Positions 57,830-64,000 of a DNA stretch of 64,000 nt are shown piece after piece. The notes beneath the pieces are model-generated. The model was not told where the DNA came from, ran no database searches, and saw only the letters and a program-made list of their open reading frames with translations. Source of the stretch: a virus; the IMG/VR virus record IMGVR_UViG_3300024261_001362, positions 32,706-96,705 of that record; one strand, written 5' to 3'. Position 1 is the first letter of the stretch. Every line of letters starts with the position of its first letter. The translations under genes were made by a program, and so were the position numbers.

Positions 57830-58094
57830 TGGAGGCGGCGATAATCGAAATCGCGTCCTGTATAATCTAAATAATAACTTCATCCACATGTTTGCTCTCT
57901 AAGAGAGATCCCTTGCCTATATTACTTATGCCTGTCTTTGGTTACCAGAGCGACAGACAACTCCTGCCGTTATACGGCGAGTGCAAAACTATTAGTTTTA
58001 GCAGTTAAGTTTTGACCGAATTTTTAACGGGCCTTTCGGTCAACCCGTACATGCAGTTATTATCTCTAATTACCAGTCAATGCCTTTCGCCCCC
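57830..58094 (-). ncRNA. ssrA: tmRNA, compact (265 nt), tag (A)AKTNSFALAV
   Basis: Acceptor GGGGGCG/CGCCTCC-A with G3-U; T-arm GCGAT-TTCGATT-ATCGC; pk1 ACGGG/CCCGT with TTGACCGAA/TTCGGTCAA; tag GCT AAA ACT AAT AGT TTT GCA CTC GCC GTA TAA. Confidence 0.92.
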
Positions 58095-58095
58095 A

Positions 58096-58686
58096 TTAAA
58101 ATTGTTCTTGTTTAAACCATAAATCAAAATCTTGTTGTTTTAAAATGATTCCGGGTTTTCCTCCCATATATGGAATCTTCTGGATATTTCCTATATCCAT
58201 ATTTGTCTGTAAGAATACATCTACTGTATCAGGCCACATAATTCCCCATTTTAGTTGATTCGCTTTTGATTCAATCAGCTCGATATAGTTTTCTAAATTA
58301 TAATCTTTTGGTTTTCTAAGGTTTGTACCACAATTTACAGAATTATAAATAAATAATATTGCTGCTTTTTCTTTGATATATGCTTTTAGATCATTTACTT
58401 TTAATGTAAATTTGCCTGCTGTTGGAACCCATTTCATTTCTAAAGGTAAGTCTTTAATAGCATCGATATCAACCATGAAGTCAGCACCAGTAGTATTGGT
58501 GCCTGTCTCTACATATTCGCCATCATTACCAACACCATTATCTCTTACGTTAGATAATACAATATCAGGGCGACTATTGCAAATAGAAACCCATTTATTG
58601 AAAAAATATTTCTCAACCATTGTACTGAACTTGATGTCCTTTTTAAAGGTACTCTTAGTTCTATTATCAAATCTTTTATCTGTCAT
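58096..58686 (-). CDS. putative PD-(D/E)XK endonuclease
   Basis: N-terminal E helix, GADFMV...LEMKW; start moved to MTDKR. Confidence 0.55.
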   Translation of the reverse strand: MTDKRFDNRTKSTFKKDIKFSTMVEKYFFNKWVSICNSRPDIVLSNVRDNGVGNDGEYVETGTNTTGADFMVDIDAIKDLPLEMKWVPTAGKFTLKVNDLKAYIKEKAAILFIYNSVNCGTNLRKPKDYNLENYIELIESKANQLKWGIMWPDTVDVFLQTNMDIGNIQKIPYMGGKPGIILKQQDFDLWFKQEQF

Positions 58687-58690
58687 AATC

Positions 58691-58713
58691 AAAAGCCGGG
58701 CCGAAGCCCGGCT
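58691..58713 (-). terminator. intrinsic terminator with UUCG tetraloop
   Basis: AGCCGGGC-TTCG-GCCCGGCT-TTT. Confidence 0.85.
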
Positions 58714-58725
58714 CAACTCCTTTAA

Positions 58726-59082
58726 CTATCTAATACGGCGATAAAATCCGGGACGGTAATACCAACGTGGTCGTCGGTATTCATAAGTGCGAGGCTCTGG
58801 AAGACAAACAGGAGTCTTAAATGGTGCCGCTATAGCAGAACCAATTCCATGTACTATACCAGAAGTAGTATTGTACATATAGTCTCCTGTCGCCCTAAAG
58901 ATATCGCATGGAGCAATACAATGGAATCTCCTAACTCGTGGTCCACAACAATCTGATGGATAAACCATCACTGAAAATTCTGGATCTGGATATGGCTCTA
59001 AACATAGCTCCGAACATTCCTTGTCACCAGCAATAACTGTCGATCCAACAACACAACACAACGCAAAAACAAAGTTTCTCAT
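58726..59082 (-). CDS. secreted Cys/Pro/Arg-rich protein
   Basis: Signal peptide MRNFVFALCCVVGSTVIAG; Arg/Tyr-rich tail. Confidence 0.6.
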   Translation of the reverse strand: MRNFVFALCCVVGSTVIAGDKECSELCLEPYPDPEFSVMVYPSDCCGPRVRRFHCIAPCDIFRATGDYMYNTTSGIVHGIGSAIAAPFKTPVCLPEPRTYEYRRPRWYYRPGFYRRIR

Positions 59083-59553
59083 TTACTTACCTTTCTTGGT
59101 CTTAGTAGCGAAACCTTCCTGTACCATAACTTCTGATACATTTTCTAATTTTCCATCCCCATCAATATCCTTCCATAGATATGCTAGAATTCGTCCAAAA
59201 GTAAAGGAATCTTGAATTCTATGTGTCATAGGGATTTCTATAATTAGTTTATCGTCTTTAGTCAGTAGAGACTTTAGATATTCTTTAGATTTTAAACCAA
59301 GTTCCTTTTCTTCTATATCCTTGGTTCGCACCTCTGGTGCCCAACAATCAAGCATTCGTACACGAATTTGTTTCTGAATACTGACCACTACTGTGTCACC
59401 ATCATAAACTTCTTCAACTACAGCACTTGTAGTTAAATTTTGTTCAGGTGGATTATTAGCAGCAGTTACAACCCAAAATAAATTAGTTGCTATTGCCGTA
59501 ACCAATATAGTTACTTGATTTTTTCTATCGAAAAATTCTTTCATGATGTCCAA
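59083..59553 (-). CDS. thermonuclease (SNase-like), membrane-anchored or secreted
   Basis: VYDGDT, VRMLDCWAPE, FGRILA, MVQEGFA. Confidence 0.87.
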   Translation of the reverse strand: MDIMKEFFDRKNQVTILVTAIATNLFWVVTAANNPPEQNLTTSAVVEEVYDGDTVVVSIQKQIRVRMLDCWAPEVRTKDIEEKELGLKSKEYLKSLLTKDDKLIIEIPMTHRIQDSFTFGRILAYLWKDIDGDGKLENVSEVMVQEGFATKTKKGK

Positions 59554-59930
59554 TACTGATAATAAAATTCTATAACTGATTTAAATACATTTGCTCGAAA
59601 ATCTCCAGCAGATGGACCTCCCGAATATGTCACATAATAGAAGAGCCACAACTGAAAAAAGAAAATAAAAGGTATAACTACCCTGAATTTATTTTTAACT
59701 AAAAAACACATTAACAGCACAGATAATATTGTGCCAATCATTTTAGCTTTAATAAAGCCATAAACACCATATTTGTTAATTATATAAATCCCCATAGGGT
59801 TTTGCTCTGTTTGGTGTAAATACTCTGCATGGATAAAACTTAAAGTATTATCGTAAGCTGAGATTACACCTATTGCGAATATCATACTCAAATATACCAA
59901 CTTGGTGCCGGTATCGTTAGTATTCATCAT
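59541..59930 (-). CDS. multi-pass membrane protein
   Basis: D...EQNP...K pattern with three hydrophobic helices; GGGAG RBS. Confidence 0.65.
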   Translation of the reverse strand: MMNTNDTGTKLVYLSMIFAIGVISAYDNTLSFIHAEYLHQTEQNPMGIYIINKYGVYGFIKAKMIGTILSVLLMCFLVKNKFRVVIPFIFFFQLWLFYYVTYSGGPSAGDFRANVFKSVIEFYYQYWTS

Positions 59931-59976
59931 AAACTCCCAAGTGTTTAAAAAATTGTTTACACTTGGTTTATACACT

Positions 59977-60138
59977 TCATTCGTCTTCCCAATCAAACTC
60001 TGCGAGCTGTTGGTCGCTAACATTGTACGTTTCAATAACATCAAAATTCTCTTCCTCCCACCACAATGTGTGTTCAGGACAGTAATCCTCTATGAGATCA
60101 CAATCTTCAATAGAATTATTAATTGTACTCAAAAACAT
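59977..60138 (-). CDS. small acidic protein (53 aa)
   Basis: Not in the ORF track: MFLSTINNSIEDCDLIEDYCPEHTLWWEEENFDVIETYNVSDQQLAEFDWEDE. Confidence 0.55.
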   Translation of the reverse strand: MFLSTINNSIEDCDLIEDYCPEHTLWWEEENFDVIETYNVSDQQLAEFDWEDE

Positions 60139-60181
60139 AAGCAAAGACTCTTCCTATAAATCCATTATAAACCTAAAATAG

Positions 60182-60253
60182 TGGGAATGCCCAGATTCGA
60201 ACTGGAATCAAATGTTTAGAAGACATTTATGTTATCCCTTACACTACACTCCC
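60182..60253 (-). tRNA. tRNA-Arg(UCU), CCA not encoded
   Basis: Acceptor GGGAGTG/CATTCCC, anticodon arm AATGT-CTTCTAA-ACATT, T-arm TCCAG-TTCGAAT-CTGGG. Confidence 0.9.
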
Positions 60254-60261
60254 CAAGTAAT

Positions 60262-60289
60262 ATTATAGTTAATTCATTGGCAATGTAAA
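60262..60289 (-). promoter_or_regulatory. sigma70-like promoter for the tRNA
   Basis: TTTACA-16 nt-TATAAT ending 8 nt before the tRNA. Confidence 0.55.
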
Positions 60290-60292
60290 GGG

Positions 60293-61243
60293 TTATTCTG
60301 AAAAATCTTCATAAAATGTAGTAACATTTTTTTGCCAATATTGATTTAAACCAGTTATATCACGGGAATCATCTAAAGGACAGTAAACATTCCCTAAAAA
60401 ATTAATATATTCCTGAATATTTTCAGTATCTCCACCGTGTTGCTCATATCTATCCCAATTTTTTTGTACAGTGGCAGCACACCAACCAGCCTGAGACCTA
60501 TATGTAGGATCTACATCGGGATGTAAAATACCATACTCTCTACCTTCAGCACCATTTTCTGCATACCTAATAGCCGCCACAAGAGGTGCTAATTTAGTAT
60601 GGAGATCTGGTCTAATATTTGATTCAATGGCTTCACAGAAATCTCCTAAGCCATCTGTGCCGTCCTTATCTTGCAATTTTTGTTCAAATGTTGCTAATAT
60701 TGAATTTGGATTAACATGTCGTCGTTGAGGCTTGTCTTCTTGAAGCTCTTCCTCATCTGAATTACCATATTTCATTTTTAATAACGTGTATTTAAGCTTA
60801 TGATGTTGGTTAGTCAGACTACCGGTTAGTCGTTGAATTTGTGTTAAAATTTCCTTATTATCAAACACCGCATCTTCTAATTGATAAACTGTTTCTTCAT
60901 CTTCGGGTAAATCTATCCAAGCTGGATCTATTTCCTGTTCAATGCGATCCGGTGAAGAACATTCAGGACAAAGTTTCTCTTGTTTGACTTCTGGGTTATG
61001 ATTGTTTTGATAATGGGAAAATCTCATCATCAAGTCTGTGTTAAACAATATCAAGTTGGTAGACTTAGTAAGCTCTTCATAAATCTGTTCATTTCCTTTA
61101 CGTAAGGATTGCTGGTTAACATACTTGTCGTCACACCTTTGTAAGAATAGATAGAGATTTACAAAGATCATAATCAGTAATGAAAACTGTAAACATCTAA
61201 ATTCACCTTTATAACTCTTTTTAGGCTCTTGTTGATTAGTCAT
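60293..61243 (-). CDS. membrane-anchored protein with possible lysozyme-like C-terminal domain
   Basis: N-terminal TM, CPEC, C-terminal LVAAIRYAENG...EYGI...YCP...W.KNV. Confidence 0.5.
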   Translation of the reverse strand: MTNQQEPKKSYKGEFRCLQFSLLIMIFVNLYLFLQRCDDKYVNQQSLRKGNEQIYEELTKSTNLILFNTDLMMRFSHYQNNHNPEVKQEKLCPECSSPDRIEQEIDPAWIDLPEDEETVYQLEDAVFDNKEILTQIQRLTGSLTNQHHKLKYTLLKMKYGNSDEEELQEDKPQRRHVNPNSILATFEQKLQDKDGTDGLGDFCEAIESNIRPDLHTKLAPLVAAIRYAENGAEGREYGILHPDVDPTYRSQAGWCAATVQKNWDRYEQHGGDTENIQEYINFLGNVYCPLDDSRDITGLNQYWQKNVTTFYEDFSE

Positions 61244-61265
61244 AATTCCTCTTTCTATTTAATTA

Positions 61266-61616
61266 TTATCGTCCATATTTATCTGAAAGTCTTACAATGT
61301 CCCCTTCATCACATTTTCCCCCTTGTAATTCATAAATTTCAAGAGCTTTATCTCCAGTATTCTTAACTGTATGCTTTTCAGTCGGTAAAATAACAACATG
61401 ATCACCTTCAGCAACAACCATCTCCCAATTATCGATAGTAATTATACCTTCTCCCGATGCAATGAACCAAAATTCCATACGTTCTTTATGGTATTGTTCG
61501 GATAATTGCTGGTCGGGATCTACTATAATTCTTTTAAATACAACTTTTTTATGCTCTGGTCGATAAATATCAATATAATACCCCCAAGGCTTCTCAATTA
61601 ACTTATGCGTTGGCAC
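61266..61616 (-). CDS. cupin (mannose-6-phosphate isomerase type II C-terminal-like)
   Basis: KPWG, LSEQYH..R.E.W, H...N.G, E.Q.G..DE.DIVRLSDKYGR; probable GTG start. Confidence 0.85.
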   Translation of the reverse strand: MPTHKLIEKPWGYYIDIYRPEHKKVVFKRIIVDPDQQLSEQYHKERMEFWFIASGEGIITIDNWEMVVAEGDHVVILPTEKHTVKNTGDKALEIYELQGGKCDEGDIVRLSDKYGR

Positions 61617-61617
61617 C

Positions 61618-61959
61618 TTACAACTCCTCAATACGTTTAGCCTTGTCATCAACAACAAGATCAAAATGTGGCTTTTCATCACCAACTTTTAACTCATGAA
61701 ACTTACAACCCCAACTGTTCAATTGAGTCAATGTGTGATTGCGATAATTCTTGCCAGAAGTTGAACCACGAGCTGTCCAATAAATAATTTTCCATCCCTC
61801 ATCATATAGATTATTAATTTTTGCTATATTATCATGACTTGGTTCTGATAAATCATAGCGACGTTCACCAGAATAAAAACAAATTGTTTCATCAATATCT
61901 ATAAATGCAACTTTTTGTTTGCCTTCCGGGCTAAATCTTGCTGCCTCATGAAATTCCAT
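61618..61959 (-). CDS. HAD-superfamily phosphatase
   Basis: IDIDETIC, WTARG, KP..D..VDDKA. Confidence 0.85.
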   Translation of the reverse strand: MEFHEAARFSPEGKQKVAFIDIDETICFYSGERRYDLSEPSHDNIAKINNLYDEGWKIIYWTARGSTSGKNYRNHTLTQLNSWGCKFHELKVGDEKPHFDLVVDDKAKRIEEL

Positions 61960-61960
61960 A

Positions 61961-62266
61961 TTAACCCTTTCTAATAGTTAAATCTATAATTTCTCCACTG
62001 TCAGTTAACTCTACAAAGAAAGACTCGCTTAAATTAATAGTAGGTACTACTTTATCTTCCTCAGTATGTAAAGTCCAGACATTTATTCTGAAATTATCCT
62101 GAAAAACATTTTTAGCGTCTATTTTGAATTTATTTTTAAGAATATTTTCAGATACATTGTTAGAAATAAATTCATGCAACAATTCAGAATCTATATTCTT
62201 GTATACTTTTTCTGGTGTATTTTTTTTATTAATTGTCTTCTTAGGTTTTTTAGGATTCTTCAACAC
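61961..62266 (-). CDS. hypothetical protein
   Basis: AAGGA RBS; NVFQDNFRINVW. Confidence 0.55.
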   Translation of the reverse strand: MLKNPKKPKKTINKKNTPEKVYKNIDSELLHEFISNNVSENILKNKFKIDAKNVFQDNFRINVWTLHTEEDKVVPTINLSESFFVELTDSGEIIDLTIRKG

Positions 62267-62278
62267 TTTATTTCCTTT

Positions 62279-62527
62279 TTAAGATTTATTTTTTTTCCAT
62301 GAAAAAAGATTGTTCAGATATTTTTTTCGTTTGGAACAATTACATTCTTGTAATCCAAACCAATTTTTAAATCTTTCCTCGGTAATTCCAAACCTCGTAA
62401 GAGTTTCCTCTAATGCATCACCCAGTCCTGTTACTTCATTCTCTTTAGAGTTAAACTTTACACCTTTAGCATTTAATTCATTTATAACTAAATCCATTTC
62501 GTGTCTAATTTGATTTTGGTCGCTCAT
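62279..62527 (-). CDS. small phage protein
   Basis: GLGD...GI...CNC..RK..LN motif; GGAGA RBS. Confidence 0.65.
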   Translation of the reverse strand: MSDQNQIRHEMDLVINELNAKGVKFNSKENEVTGLGDALEETLTRFGITEERFKNWFGLQECNCSKRKKYLNNLFSWKKNKS

Positions 62528-62548
62528 TTATTCTCCAATCTTTATAGA

Positions 62549-62749
62549 TTAGGATGGACAGTACTCTGTATTTTGCTGATAAATTAATTCATAATATAGG
62601 ACTTGGTTTTCCTCTTCAGAAAAAACAGCTTCTCCGTATAAATATCCTTCATCTATTAGTCTATCAACAATTTCACGCTCAACATCATTTAAGTCACTGA
62701 TATCCATACCTTCAAATCTCTTCGCTATCCAATCCAATGTCGTCATCAT
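62549..62749 (-). CDS. small hypothetical protein, paralog of 51405-51602
   Basis: Shared motif with 51405-51602. Confidence 0.6.
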   Translation of the reverse strand: MMTTLDWIAKRFEGMDISDLNDVEREIVDRLIDEGYLYGEAVFSEEENQVLYYELIYQQNTEYCPS

Positions 62750-63053
62750 TTGTCATATTCCTATTTCTGAAGAAATCTAATGCATTCAGTATACCATCTA
62801 CCGCTGCAATTAAATCTCTAACCTGACTTGGGGTCATTTCAATACCATGTAATGCAAAGAAATCCCTTGTTTTATATTCATCATCATCATTATATCTCAA
62901 TTGTTGCTCTGAATCAACCAAAAACTGTACCCATTTAATAAAAGCTATTTTAATTTTTTCGTCTTCAATAATAGAATAAATTTCCTTATCAAATTTTTCG
63001 AAAAACTTTTCAATATCTTTATCTATTTCATCTTCATCTTCAAAAAAAATCAT
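62712..63053 (-). CDS. acidic hypothetical protein
   Basis: 113-aa D/E-rich ORF. Confidence 0.55.
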   Translation of the reverse strand: MIFFEDEDEIDKDIEKFFEKFDKEIYSIIEDEKIKIAFIKWVQFLVDSEQQLRYNDDDEYKTRDFFALHGIEMTPSQVRDLIAAVDGILNALDFFRNRNMTNDDDIGLDSEEI

Positions 63054-63122
63054 AATAAGTCTTTTTCTTTTTGAGAATATTTATATCCCTATTATTATAC
63101 CCTAAATACGAGATTTTAACAC

Positions 63123-63173
63123 AAAAAAAGGGAGGATATGCTTAAAATTTCAGTAAAAATAAACATATCCTCT
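63123..63173 (-). terminator. probable intrinsic terminator
   Basis: GAGGATATG...CATATCCTC stem with a large loop, then T7. Confidence 0.6.
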
Positions 63174-63180
63174 AGTTAAA

Positions 63181-63492
63181 TTATCTCCATAATCTTAAAC
63201 GATAAGTTCCATATTTTCCAATAGCAACTGCATCTGCTACTAACTTCATTCTTCTTCTTGGTGTACAGGTGCCTAATGTTTTAGGATTTCGACCTTTGCG
63301 TCCCCATCCACATCCTTCAAATCTGGCTCCATGTTTCCACGGACTACAGACTGAATAAGGAGGATGCCACCTGTAATTTTTATCGGCCATATACTGGACT
63401 CTGACTTGAGCTACCTCTTGTAAGGTCATTTCTTTCGGTTGATTTGCCAAGACAATTGATAGAACTAATGCAGTAAACACATATATCTCCAT
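63181..63492 (-). CDS. small secreted protein, CAP/SCP-like
   Basis: Signal peptide; A..R..YMA....H...FEGCGW...C...R.W pattern. Confidence 0.5.
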   Translation of the reverse strand: MEIYVFTALVLSIVLANQPKEMTLQEVAQVRVQYMADKNYRWHPPYSVCSPWKHGARFEGCGWGRKGRNPKTLGTCTPRRRMKLVADAVAIGKYGTYRLRLWR

Positions 63493-63507
63493 ATAATGAA
63501 AAAAATA

Positions 63508-63603
63508 TCATCCTGATATTAATACACTTATAACCCACACAAAAACAAAAGTCACAAGCAGTTTAATTGTAATAATTACTATGTCTTCTTTATTTAACTT
63601 CAT
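63508..63603 (-). CDS. small membrane peptide (31 aa)
   Basis: Not in the ORF track: MKLNKEDIVIITIKLLVTFVFVWVISVLISG; TAATG overlap with the upstream stop. Confidence 0.45.
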   Translation of the reverse strand: MKLNKEDIVIITIKLLVTFVFVWVISVLISG

Positions 63604-63827
63604 TATTTAACTTCATTATTGTCCATTATTATTAAGACCTGTTCTGCTCCGTACAAAGTAAACTCCTGACAGACATCACATCTACGTTCTTGAGCATCTG
63701 GTTCAATACCAAGGCTACTAGCCCCACAATCCACATTGATACAGAATCCCTCATTCATATCACGAGCTACTGCATCAAATACTTCTTCAAAGTCAAGAGT
63801 CCAATCTGGATGGTTTGGCTTAGACAT
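63603..63827 (-). CDS. small zinc-ribbon protein
   Basis: GFCINVDCG...EPDA....CDVC....YGAE; probable start MSKPN. Confidence 0.65.
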   Translation of the reverse strand: MSKPNHPDWTLDFEEVFDAVARDMNEGFCINVDCGASSLGIEPDAQERRCDVCQEFTLYGAEQVLIIMDNNEVK

Positions 63828-64000
63828 TTTCATATATATTCCGTTCTGTAATAATCTTATCCATATAAACATCATGAGGTGCTACTGGGATCTCTTCAAA
63901 CATTTGACATTCAAATGCCAAGGCCACTAATGGTGTATCCTGTCGAGCATTCTCCAGCAACTTATCATAGTATCCTTTACCGTGGCCCATCCTTGCACCA
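63820..64000 (-). CDS. 5-formyltetrahydrofolate cyclo-ligase, C-terminal part (5' end outside the window)
   Basis: Not in the ORF track: GARMGHGKGYYDKLL...LAFECQ...IP..PHDVYMDKIITE. Confidence 0.85.
   Translation of the reverse strand, partial: GARMGHGKGYYDKLLENARQDTPLVALAFECQMFEEIPVAPHDVYMDKIITERNIYENV

Noticed and set aside
60182-60253. Amber-suppressor reading (CUA) of the tRNA, and stop-codon recoding
   Set aside because: The stem fixes the loop as CU-UCU-AA, and long conserved genes read through fully in the standard code
63590-63615. 13-nt tandem duplication TTATTTAACTTCA
   Set aside because: Only two copies at a gene junction; consistent with replication slippage
332-63930. Numerous plus-strand ORFs in the track
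   Set aside because: They are antisense shadows of well-supported minus-strand genes with no motifs; only the 56140-56205 fragment carries real signal

Overview
This 64-kb window is part of a large AT-rich tailed-phage genome. Essentially every gene is on the minus strand, packed head to tail, and uses the standard genetic code. A Planctomycetota host is inferred from a Tat-signal DUF1501 protein, an 'NPYxxP'-like small membrane protein and Cys-rich secreted proteins. Layout, left to right: (1) 1-24.7 kb, an island of about 30 glycan-synthesis genes, including a HAD / cupin-nucleotidyltransferase-kinase / GatZ-like / AroE-like sugar pathway. (2) 24.7-38 kb, a replication-recombination module in which DnaE is split without an intein, with an HNH endonuclease gene and a DnaQ-like exonuclease gene between the halves. 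(3) 38-44.5 kb, phoH, dUTPase, DUF1501 and class Ia nrdAB. (4) 44.5-48.3 kb, a terminator-bounded eight-gene unit with holin-like proteins, a papain-family peptidase and an exported thioredoxin, which is a candidate non-canonical lysis system. (5) 48.3-57 kb, a probable virion protein, a phage sigma factor, thyX between an intact and a decayed HNH gene, SSB followed by an H-type pseudoknot, and a dCMP deaminase duplication scar holding an inverted foreign gene fragment. (6) 57.8-64 kb, a compact tmRNA followed by an orphan second tmRNA 3' end, an abutting PD-(D/E)XK-like nuclease, tRNA-Arg(UCU), small proteins and the 3' end of a 5-formyl-THF cyclo-ligase gene. All calls come from reading motifs by eye; no database search was run.
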